A DNA stretch of 63,899 nt, filler included. It is 13 parts of 13 records of this genome, joined end to end, with 100 filler letters (N's around TTAATTAATTAA, not from the genome) between each part and the next. Parts side by side here need not be neighbours in the genome. Positions count along the whole stretch, not along the records: positions 43,887 to 48,215 come from SRR15195285_1632; positions 48,316 to 52,444 come from SRR15195285_1634; positions 52,545 to 56,938 come from SRR15195285_1637; 10 more parts are not named here. One strand, given 5' to 3'. The notes below the pieces were generated by a model. The model saw only the letters and a program-made list of their open reading frames with translations, made no database searches and was not told the origin of the DNA. The translations under genes and the position numbers were made by a program. Positions 44,348 to 54,186 of the stretch are shown here, in pieces (position 1 is the stretch's first letter; each line of letters starts with the position of its first letter).

Positions 44348-47300
44348 ATGCTACATGTACTGCACGCGGTGGCAGCTGTAGCTGCGAGCACCGCCGGCTC
44401 CCGTGGGTCACGCTCAGCCGACGGCCAGGTGCAAGGCTTGCCGAGCTTCTCAGTCAACGTGGCACCAGGCGACTGCGGCGTAGCCGGCAGCTCGCCGGAC
44501 TGCGGCCCGGTGCTTCGCACGGCGGTCGAGAAGTGCCGCACGCATGGGACCGGCTGTATGATAGTGCTCGCACCTGGCAGTTACCGCGTCGCGTGCCCCA
44601 ACACCTACAAAGGCCCGTACGGCTACGTCTTTGCTCCAGGTGCGGTCGATCTGAGCAATACGACCGGCATCACCTTCGGCGCCGTGTCGTCTGCCGCACC
44701 TGCAACCTTGAATATCGACTACTTGCAGGCGGGCTGCCCCGCCGTCGGCGCCACGGACGCGAGCGACGTACACATCGCCAACGTTGTGCTTGACACGCAG
44801 CGCCTACCATGGACCAACGCCACCCTCACCTCCTCCGCGGACGGTCGCTCACTAAGAGTGGCGATGACAGAGCCAGAGCGCTCCGAGTGGAATCTGGAGA
44901 AATACCCGTGGCTCAGCTGGACAGATCCCAGGAATAATACTGCGTTGAGTGGCGCCAGCTCAAGCAGCTGGGACGCTGCCACAGGGATAGCGACGTTGCA
45001 CTTTCCGTCGCCACACTACGTCAAGAATGGAACGCACATTTTCACAAGGCACTTCAGGAACATGCCGTCCTGGGGCGTCTATGGACTGCGCGTGCACGGC
45101 GAGTACACGCTTGATGCTGTGCAACTGCTGTCGGCGGGAGGCATGGGTATCCGGTGCGATTTTTGCACAGGCACGTTCTCGTTCTTGAACAGCGCAGTGG
45201 TGCCGGCCGCTGGGCGAGCGATGTCGACCACGGCGGATGGAGTGCATTTTATGCACCACCAAGGCGCGATCGTCATGCGAAATAGCACAATTGCTGGAAC
45301 TGGGGATGACTGCTTCAACGTCCACGGAAATTTCATTGTTATCAGTGACATTCTCGACAGACGCCACACTCTTCACTACATCGATGAGACCGGGCCAGGT
45401 TGGTTTCCAGGCCTGGGCAAGTACTTAGTTGGTGACCGTGTCGCGTTTTTCTCGAGGTTGACGCTGCAACAGATTGGCCCAGAGAATGTCCTACTACGCG
45501 GCAGTGGAGGCTTTGGCGAAAATGCATCGCTTACCTTCCGAGATCCGATCCCAGCAGGTGTACTGCGGTACGATATGCTAATCAGCTTGGATCGGATTGC
45601 ATCCTTAGACACCGAGGGCTGCACGTTTTTACACGGCGGGCGAGGCATGGTCATTAGCTCCGTGGGCGTGCGCATCGTGAACAATACCTTTGAAAACGGT
45701 TTCGGAGGCACGACTAATAGCATACTGTTTCTTGAAGGAGGATGCGGAGCATACGAGGATTATACAGAGGGTCCATTTTCATCGGACATTCTCATTGCTG
45801 ACAACTCGTTCCAAACGAACGAGAACGGGGCGTCAGAGCTTGGGTATGCAGCAGACGGGGCGATCCAGTTTGCAGGCTGCCGTCCGCTTGGAGACTGCTC
45901 TCACCTGCCACCCGGTCCAGCTCCAGCTCCGTCTGTCAGAACTCCGCCTGACACGTTCGGGCCGCAGCCAGTCGGCAAGATATACCCACTGGCGGCAAGC
46001 TCTGCGAACTACGCACGCGCTGTGCTTGTAACGCTGCCGAGCAAGGGCAACCTTTCCCAGCTGATGTACTATGATAACTGTCGCGGGTCGCCTCCAGTGC
46101 AAGGTGTTTCGATGGGCATCTACACGGACACAGGAACGGGGCCTGGGAGCATGCTGTCGCTTGCAGGTCATTGGGGAGGGGGCGACGAACACTGCGTGAG
46201 CGTTGGCTGGCGGACTGCTGCTTTGCGTACACCTGTCCAAGGATACAGCAAAGTATGGCTTGTTCATTGGTATAGTGCAGGCAGCTGGAACACTGTTCAA
46301 ACACTGGGTACGCACCACTTCCTACAGCTTGAGAACGTTTCTGGTCTGCCAACGAGTCTTGCCAGCTCGACATGGAAAACGTATGAGGCGTCTGGGGTCC
46401 CTTTGCGGGTGGGTCTTGGTTCAGATGCACCACCCCCTTCTCCTGCGCCATCGCCGCCGAAACCCCCTTCTCCTGCGCCATCGCCACCGAAACCAATTGC
46501 GCCGGGCAATACTTGCTCATACAATGGCGAAGTTGCCGGTGGGCGCTGCGTATGCGACCACGGGTGGAAAGGCCGCGTGTGTGATGTACTCGACGAGCGT
46601 CCAACGTACTCAAGCGCTGGATACACAGCTGCGGCCAATCGCTCGACTTGGCTTGGCTCTGTAGTACGACGTGGCGCTACGAACGACTACGTACTGCTAG
46701 TTGATGATATCCAGGGACAAAAGTGCGGTGGTGAACCTGCTTACTATCTGACAGCGACGGGATTTGCGAATGGGAGCAACCCGCTGGGTCCCTTTACAGA
46801 CGAGCGTATCATCTCGCCCCAGGTAACGATGCATCCAACGGCAACCATTGCACCGACCGGCGAAATTGTGGTGACGAGTTTCACAAACACAGCGAACAAG
46901 CCACTGCCGTCCTCTACTGATTGTGCAGCGCCAAGCACGGTAATGCCATGCGCTTTGCCAGCCGCAGACTGCCGGCCAAATAAGGGTTATGCCGATGCAA
47001 ATATGACTCTACAGTTGCTTGTCGGAAATGCATCAGCTCCAGAGATGCCATGGGAACACGTACCGATCCTCACCTCCACAGCTCTGCCTGGAAAGTACTC
47101 GACAGACACGGAAGCTATCTGGGGACTGTGGGATCCTTCTCACGTCATCCTACCTTCTGGAGAGACGTTCGTCAGTACTGCGCACGGGAACGTCACCCGC
47201 GGTGTTTTCTTATTCCGCGCGCCGCACTTTCGCGGCCCTTACAGCGCAGTCGGCAGCGGCCCCCTCTTACAGTTCGGCGGCAGACCTGTGCAGGTCTGCG

Positions 47301-48142
47301 ATCCATTCTTATTCTACAACACAAAGCGCAACGCGCTTCACATCATCGCCAATAGTTGTACGGAGAAAGGCTTTCCGGGCGCTCAAGGATATGTGCATGC
47401 TGTAGCATCTGGTCCCCAGTTCGACAATTGGACGCTGACCGAGGGATCACTGGCATGTTTGACGGACGTGCACAGCTCGTCTTGCGAGCACGCGATTGCC
47501 AACACCGTTGCACTAGTCGGCGGCGGTTCCATCCCTTTCACTAGCTCTCGCCAGAGTCTCACAATTCTGTTCGAAGAAGGAACACCCATTGTAGCCTATA
47601 CCAATCTGATCGGGGTGCGCGATGGCAAGAAGTGGACGGGTTACGCACACGTTTCGTCGCTCAATGCGGTACCGATTGGCGAAAAAGGCTCAATGATTGC
47701 CTCGAAGTTCGGCAATTTGCTTAAGGAACAACGACGACCAGCTGACCCACCCACCCACGTCACGTATCCACCGTGTGACCCAAGTGGTTCGACACAACCA
47801 CCTGTCGTGAAGCATCCAGACTCGTTGTACCCTGGACCGGGTCGCATTACTGAGAAAGGTGAGGTGCTTAATCAAGAAGGGCTTACGATCTTCAAAAATG
47901 TCACCATACGCGGCAATCGCTTCCTTGCAAGTGGACGTTTTCTCGATATCGGGGCCGCCAAGGGGATTGTCGTGGAGCACAACGTACTGGTGGCGCCGGC
48001 GAACACTTCATCTCCAAGCTCGAATTTCCGGCTCTATGCGAGCACAGATTTCGATCCGACTTCAATCGAAACCTCGAATGTGTGTCAGATGGAGCAAGGC
48101 GTGGTGAAATGCAAAGTCAGCGTGGTGAAGACGGATGACTAA
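44348..48142 (+). CDS. Secreted GH110-like (alpha-galactosidase) beta-helix protein carrying an inserted beta-rich module, EGF domain and GH43-clan-like propeller
   Basis: Leader MLHVLHAVAAVAASTAG; RAMSTTADGVHF...GDDCFNVHG (GH110 motif); CSYNG...CVCDHGWKGRVC (EGF); STWLGS/MHPT/DPFLF propeller-like motifs; ends VVKTDD*. Confidence 0.75.
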   Translation: MLHVLHAVAAVAASTAGSRGSRSADGQVQGLPSFSVNVAPGDCGVAGSSPDCGPVLRTAVEKCRTHGTGCMIVLAPGSYRVACPNTYKGPYGYVFAPGAVDLSNTTGITFGAVSSAAPATLNIDYLQAGCPAVGATDASDVHIANVVLDTQRLPWTNATLTSSADGRSLRVAMTEPERSEWNLEKYPWLSWTDPRNNTALSGASSSSWDAATGIATLHFPSPHYVKNGTHIFTRHFRNMPSWGVYGLRVHGEYTLDAVQLLSAGGMGIRCDFCTGTFSFLNSAVVPAAGRAMSTTADGVHFMHHQGAIVMRNSTIAGTGDDCFNVHGNFIVISDILDRRHTLHYIDETGPGWFPGLGKYLVGDRVAFFSRLTLQQIGPENVLLRGSGGFGENASLTFRDPIPAGVLRYDMLISLDRIASLDTEGCTFLHGGRGMVISSVGVRIVNNTFENGFGGTTNSILFLEGGCGAYEDYTEGPFSSDILIADNSFQTNENGASELGYAADGAIQFAGCRPLGDCSHLPPGPAPAPSVRTPPDTFGPQPVGKIYPLAASSANYARAVLVTLPSKGNLSQLMYYDNCRGSPPVQGVSMGIYTDTGTGPGSMLSLAGHWGGGDEHCVSVGWRTAALRTPVQGYSKVWLVHWYSAGSWNTVQTLGTHHFLQLENVSGLPTSLASSTWKTYEASGVPLRVGLGSDAPPPSPAPSPPKPPSPAPSPPKPIAPGNTCSYNGEVAGGRCVCDHGWKGRVCDVLDERPTYSSAGYTAAANRSTWLGSVVRRGATNDYVLLVDDIQGQKCGGEPAYYLTATGFANGSNPLGPFTDERIISPQVTMHPTATIAPTGEIVVTSFTNTANKPLPSSTDCAAPSTVMPCALPAADCRPNKGYADANMTLQLLVGNASAPEMPWEHVPILTSTALPGKYSTDTEAIWGLWDPSHVILPSGETFVSTAHGNVTRGVFLFRAPHFRGPYSAVGSGPLLQFGGRPVQVCDPFLFYNTKRNALHIIANSCTEKGFPGAQGYVHAVASGPQFDNWTLTEGSLACLTDVHSSSCEHAIANTVALVGGGSIPFTSSRQSLTILFEEGTPIVAYTNLIGVRDGKKWTGYAHVSSLNAVPIGEKGSMIASKFGNLLKEQRRPADPPTHVTYPPCDPSGSTQPPVVKHPDSLYPGPGRITEKGEVLNQEGLTIFKNVTIRGNRFLASGRFLDIGAAKGIVVEHNVLVAPANTSSPSSNFRLYASTDFDPTSIETSNVCQMEQGVVKCKVSVVKTDD

Positions 48143-48672
48143 GGTTTCTAAGTGAACAAGAAATGAAAGCACCAATCACTGACCACCATAGCCCTTCCGC
48201 GGATGATTTTGCATTNNNNNNNNNNNNNNNNNNNNNNNNNNNNNNNNNNNNNNNNNNNNTTAATTAATTAANNNNNNNNNNNNNNNNNNNNNNNNNNNNN
48301 NNNNNNNNNNNNNNNCAGAATTCCAGGAGTGACCAACCCAGTTGATTCTACTGTACTCTTGATCAGATCCATTCTCCTGAAATGTGAAAAGACTTTCTCC
48401 GAGTGACCGCACCTGCGTGGACCTGAGCAGAAATGACTGGTAGAGTGACTGAAGTTGCAGGCAGGAGCGCTTGCCTGCAACTGATGCAAAAAGCTTTAGA
48501 GTTTATGTCCATTCAGTCATTCTCTCACTGTGTAAGAGCCAACGGCATCAATGCAACTTGCTGTGTTGTTGCTCCAACTTTGGTACTGTTCGAATACCAG
48601 GTAGTCATTATTGACTAGGCACTTTCTGATTGGCACAGGGCCTCAGGCCTATGTGTGCTCTTTGAAGAACGC

Positions 48673-51600
48673 TTAAGATGGTTTTCCTGCGGCTTCTAGC
48701 GCGGCGCGCAGCGCTATGTACTCGGTGTGCAGCGCCGACCGACGCTGCTCGAGCACACGCGCCACATCTTCGACAGCGTCGCGCTCTCGCTTATTCTGCG
48801 CCAGCTTCTGCGCCAGCGCGTGCGCCAGCGCGTGCGCTGTCTCAGCCGAGGATGCCTCTACCAACGATGAGGCCTCAGTCTTGGTCCAGTTCTCGAATGG
48901 CTCGGGTGGGCCGTTGTGGAGCCGGAGCCACTGGATTCGATCGCACGATTCCGGGAGTGTCGCAATCAGCCGATAGGAGCTGTGATGGTACCCCTTGCTG
49001 TACTTATACGACGCGTAGATCGTGCCGGAGAGCTCGCGGTTGGTGATGGTGGCAGTACCATTGTAGGTGTTGCCTGGATCCGTAAACGGCCCCAGCCCAG
49101 TCCACATCAGCTCATTGCCATGCTGCGAGACGTTCACTGTGATCCTGTCGTGTCCCACTGCGGCCCATATGCCTCCCAGTCCAGTGCAACCGGGCATCGT
49201 TGGGGCCACATCGCTGAAAAGCATCGCGGCAAGCCCAGCATCTGGGTCGATACAGCCACTCGAGCGGTTGAGTGGGCTGTTGCATCCACCTGGACGGCGG
49301 GTGCAGTTGGTCAGCGCCATCTCGTTGCTGACGTTGCGCGGATCAAGCAAATTCTCTGTGGCGTAATTGCCACAGCCTGCGTGCTGTGTGTTGAAGTGCC
49401 CGATGTCAAAGTTATCAATCAAGCGATTGCTGAGCGCGGTCGGGTAAGGAGAAACCCCACTGAGCTTCACATTGCTGCCGGCAAGATCGTTTGAAACGAT
49501 GACGTTCAAAAAAGAATTCAGGTTCATGCCATAGCCTTGTGGCGCAGAGAATCGATTTGCTGTGACGACGTTGCTCCGACACTGCATTTCGATGAAAAAA
49601 GCCACTCGACCAGGAAGCGAGGTTGCAACGTCGTTGTTCGTGATCGTGCAATAGCTAGCCATGGCATCAAGGTCGATCCCATAGTGCAGAGGGCCACGGA
49701 TCGTGTTGCGTGTTGTGACAACTCCAAAAGCCCAGGTCAGCCAGATGCCCCGGGAGCCCGTTCCTTGGGCGATGATTGTGTTGTTGATCAGCGACACCGG
49801 TGGCTGAACCTGCCCCTTGAGCAGCAGCTCGGCCAAGGCCAGGTCGTGCGAGTAGGGTAGGCCTTGAGCAAACGGTAGCTGTGTCGCTTGACACCCAACG
49901 GTGAAATACTCTGGACAAGGCGCAAATGCTGGAGAGGTGGCGCCATCGCCATTAAAGACCCTAATTGCATTGCCCCACCCACCTTTGAGTGTCACGCCGG
50001 TGACCTTGGCGTCCCGTGATTGAAAGATGCGGATCCCGATCGTGACAGGAACTGCCGCTGCTGGCTCAGTGTTTTGGTTTGTGTAGTCGAGCAGCTGCCC
50101 CCCCTTGAGACCTGTATTGTTGCCCATGAGTGCCACTAGATGCGGTCCGTACTTGACTTCAGCAGCTGGTAGATAGAGCGGCGGTGGCAGCGTGGAGTTA
50201 CACCAAATCACACTCCGATCGTCCAGCACTAGACTGCGATCGCTCCGGATCGTGATGCCAGTGTGATTTCCGTCAGGGACCACCTCAAAGCTCGAGTGCA
50301 GGACGTAGATCGCCGTGTTCGGGTTGTTATCCAGCAGCTCCTGCAGCCTTGCGGCTGTGTCGATGGGCACAGTAGATCCAGACTCGTCCGTCACTGCGTT
50401 GCTCTTCACAACTACCATCGATTTCAGTTTGTCGTTGATCCCATATGCCGCTGAAGCCTGCGACGACTCGAACTCGTCATCCGTCTTCAAGTTCCGCATG
50501 GGTTCCTGATGCACGTGGTGGATGCACAGAGCGTAGCCGTCAAACAGCGTTGCGTTGACAATGATGCATGGCGCGCCCTGCGTCACGCGCAGCTTCTGCG
50601 CAGCCGACAACGAGCCTGATATTGCTGTCGATTTCTTCAGCCAACTTTCTCCAGTTGTGAGATAAATGCGCACGCCCGGCTTGATCGGCTCGTTGTCCTT
50701 CGTCGACCACTGCTGGATATTTGCCAACCATTCGTAACCAGCGAGCGGCTGGCACTGACTCTCACAAGTGGCAGGCTGCAACGAGCTGTGGTTGAACACA
50801 TGGTGGTGGTTGCGCGAACGATTCGCCGCGGCAGCATCGACGCCAACGCAGCGCTGCAGAACACAGGTCGACCCCACCGAGCCTGGCGGTGCGAGCGGCA
50901 GTCCCGTCCAGTTCAGGGGAGCACCGATAGCGGATGAGTTCAGGAACTGCTGAATCTTCTGGACGTTGTGCAGCGCGGTGGTCGTGTCGGGCCACTTGTG
51001 TTTCACCATCAGTGCCGCCGCACCGCCGGCAGCGACGCCACTCGTCCATTCACTCGGGTGGAGCCGAGTGTTGCTGTTTGCGTGGAAGCTTTGAGCCATA
51101 AGTTTGCCCGCTACCAGTAGGTTAGGTGCATTGTCGACCATCAGCGCTCGGAATGGGATGAAGTACGGCTTGCCTCCCTCGCCGGACGACATCATGTATC
51201 TGAGATTGAATACAATCATAAAAGGCTCTGAGTCTCTACTAGCAGAGTCTGTGCTAGCATTGACATTCGACAACGTACTTTGGATACGTGCAGACCGATG
51301 CCGCCAGGTGGTGCGTGTCATCATTGTAGTCGCCTAGTGCCACGGCATCAGGAAAAGGGTCGCCCGTCCTGCACGCCGCTTTGCCACACCACTGCGAGTC
51401 ACGTAGCTGCGTGTGCAGCAGCTTGTATCCACCAACACCGACGGCGCGTCTGCTGTCTCGCAAATAAGGCCACTTGCTTAGTCCATGTCTGGTGCCTGCG
51501 ACCTCATAATTCAGTCCAAGGTTCTTCGCCTCGAAGGCCAGAGACGAGAGATTGCTCGCCGCCGCGCGCAGGTGAGCGAACCAGCCATATGCCCTAAGGA

Positions 51601-52444
51601 ACAATAGCTTTTCCGTCAGTTTTCCTGAAGCGGCCAGTACGGGTTCTGTCTTGCAAATTCACTAGGAAACCTGGAAATACGCAATTTTCCGTACCGGTCC
51701 TCGAGCAGCCGCAGGGCAGTCAAGTTCACCCCGCCACGCCATCCTTCTGCGCTGGCCGCTTCGGCGCGCACCACCTCCAGTGGTGGAAACAGATACGCAG
51801 TGTCCAGATCGTTGCCGAGGTTCTGCTGCGTGATATCGCCGACGTTTACCGCCGCGAGGCTTTTGTTCGCCCCCGAAAGAGCTCGACGCCAGGACCAGGT
51901 GTGTCGAAACGCCTCGTCAGTCATATTCGATTTCCACGGCGCGCCGGCCGCACCACCAGCCGGAAGAGGTTGCGGTGGCTCTGGGGCGGCGGCAGCGAAG
52001 CGCTGCGCGTAGAAAGTGAGCGTCTGCGCCTGGCCACAGTGGGTGAGGAACTGCGAAGTATCGGAGGAGTTTTCTTGCGGCGCCTCGATGCCTTGCAGGA
52101 ACGGTAGCGACGGCGCTGCCGAGGCGAGCACGTCACCTAGCTCTGTTGCTTCCACAAACACCGCTGCACTAATGTTAAGCAACCGCTTGGAATAGGCAGG
52201 CGACTCCTCTGCAGAGTACCAATCCGGCAGCTCAACCGACAGTCGCTGCGACCACTCATCTACCCCATCCTTCGGGGCGCGCTGTACCACCTCCACTGAT
52301 AGCACGGTCCCGTTGGACGGGTCACGAACGGCGCGTCGCACTGCGGTGCGCAGGAAGAGCCACAGGTTCTTGGAAGCGCGCAGCCGTGGCAGCACCCAAT
52401 CTTTGACCAGCCGGTTCGGACGGTAGCACTGCGTGCTGACCGAG
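48673..52444 (-). CDS. FAD-dependent oxidoreductase (FAD_oxidored-like) fused to a right-handed beta-helix and C-terminal coiled coil; 5'-partial; introns 51694-51594 and 51278-51200
   Basis: VFVEATELGDVLA, GLSKWPYLRDSRRAVG, VALGDYNDDTH, and PYFIPFRAL...NLLVAGK...TRLHPSEWTSGVAAG. Two phase-2 GTACG...AG introns restore the frame. Downstream are GIWL/GIDLD/NTI/NRF beta-helix rungs. Confidence 0.8.
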
Positions 52445-52544
52445 NNNNNNNNNNNNNNNNNNNNNNNNNNNNNNNNNNNNNNNNNNNNTTAATTAATTAA
52501 NNNNNNNNNNNNNNNNNNNNNNNNNNNNNNNNNNNNNNNNNNNN

Positions 52545-53735
52545 CCCGCCGCAGCGCACCAGCAGGGCTGGGCGCATCCCCCCGCCGCTCATGCCTGGGC
52601 ACCGCCCGCCGCCCAGCCCATCGACCCGCGCAAGGTGGACCAGCTGGTGAGCATGGGATTCGCGAGGCCCGCGAGCGAGGCCGCACTGGCGCGGGCGCAC
52701 AACGACGTTGCTCACGCGGCAGCCCTGCTGACCGAGCAGGCGCTGGTTGCGCAGCCCGTGCCAGGCCACGGCGCAGCGGCTGTTGGAGGAGGAGGCGCGG
52801 CGGTGCCAGAGGCGGTGACCCCCGCGGGCGCGGGCTCCGCCGGCACGCGCATGCACGCCGACGCGGAGACGGCGCTGTCATCCATACCGAGCATCGACTG
52901 GACCAAGTGCGACCCCAAGCGCAGCTGCTTCGATGAAATGCTGCGCAACCCGCGCATCCGCGCGAAGGTGCCGCGCATCGAGCCCATGGTGGAGGACATC
53001 CGCTTCAAAGTGTTGGAGCTCCAGTACACGCCGCCGCCGGTTCCGCTCGATGAGAACTGCACTGCGGCGATCGTCGCGTACGCGCGCGCGCGCCCGCGTG
53101 TAGACAGTTTTACTGGCAGAAACCAATACGCTTGACTCTTTCCGCTTCTTTCTACAGGTACACGCACGACTTGGGCACAGGGCAGAAGGATGGCAACCTT
53201 TACTTCGAGCTGAACGTGATGCTCCGCGTCCGTGTTGCCTCAGGCCGCGATGATCTCAAGGCGACGTGGAGTGGCTACATGTTCTACTTCGTCAAGGGTC
53301 TGGCCGAGCTGCCGAATTATCGCGGCGAGTGCTGGCGCGGCTACAACCACGGCACCCGAGCGCAGATCCTCGAGCAATACAGTGTTGGTCGACCGATCCA
53401 GTGGGGCGCCTTCACCTCCGTGACTACCAGCCGCGCCGCCGCGGAGAGCTTTGCGCCGGAGACGCGCGTCCTGTTCAAGATCAGGGTCACTTCAGGTAAG
53501 GCGGAGATCGAGTCGTTTTTGCGTGCAGAGTGTTGTGTCCGGTTTTTGCCACCTCTGACGCCTGGATTGCGCATCGACAGGTCGGGATATCAACGCCTAC
53601 TCCTTCTTCCCGCACGAGGGCGAGATTCTGCTTTCGCCGTCCGCCCGCTTCACCGTGAGCAGTGACCCACGCACGGAAGGCGACTTCTTGGTCATCGATC
53701 TCGTGCAGGTCGCAGGAAAAACATTCGTGTCGTGA
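52545..53735 (+). CDS. UBA domain + R-S-E family mono-ADP-ribosyltransferase (ART); 5'-partial; introns 53078-53157 and 53496-53580
   Basis: KVDQLVSMGF...AL...HNDV..AA.LL (UBA). Spliced ART: AIVAYT, LYFELN..LR, CWRG, WGAFTSVTT, RDINAYSFFPHEGEILLSP; stop at 53733-53735. Confidence 0.88.
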
Positions 53736-54186
53736 ATGCAATCATCCATTCCTACTAAGACGCTGGTCGTGGTAGTTGTCTAGCTAGAGTACGAGTGTTG
53801 CTGCATGCAGTAGATGCTCTTGGCACGCCCCAGTGGAAAGCGAGGTACCATCGGCCGAGCGGCTGTCGTAATGTCAGTATGTTGTCCTAGGCTGCGGTCA
53901 CGACAGCTGCTCGCCACCCGCTGCTAGTGTGTAGCGACCCCGGCTGTGACCCAGACTAAAACGACTTGTGGGGAGATCCGGGCTATTCGCGTAATAGCAG
54001 GCTATAGTTGTCTGCTCACAAAACAGGTGGACCAGAGCTAGAATCATAGAGATGCAACAATCGAATCTCACGCATTAAACAAAGCTCTTGCCGAGCAACG
54101 GGCTCATACCGCACACATATTCATTTCAGGCATACCATCCGACTAGGCTCCCAGGCGGACACAGCAAATGGCGTGATTATCCGTTG

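Noticed and set aside
48128-48142. C-terminal KTDD as a KDEL-type ER retention signal
   Set aside because: It lacks the terminal EL, and the same motif occurs internally in another protein.
48453-48482. 11-bp inverted repeat AGTTGCAGGCA/TGCCTGCAACT in a lower-GC stretch
   Set aside because: Isolated, with no element boundaries or coding support.
43887-52444. Apparent polysaccharide-utilisation cluster (GH110 chimera convergent with the oxidoreductase/beta-helix gene)
   Set aside because: The two genes lie on different contigs separated by a spacer, so linkage is unsupported.
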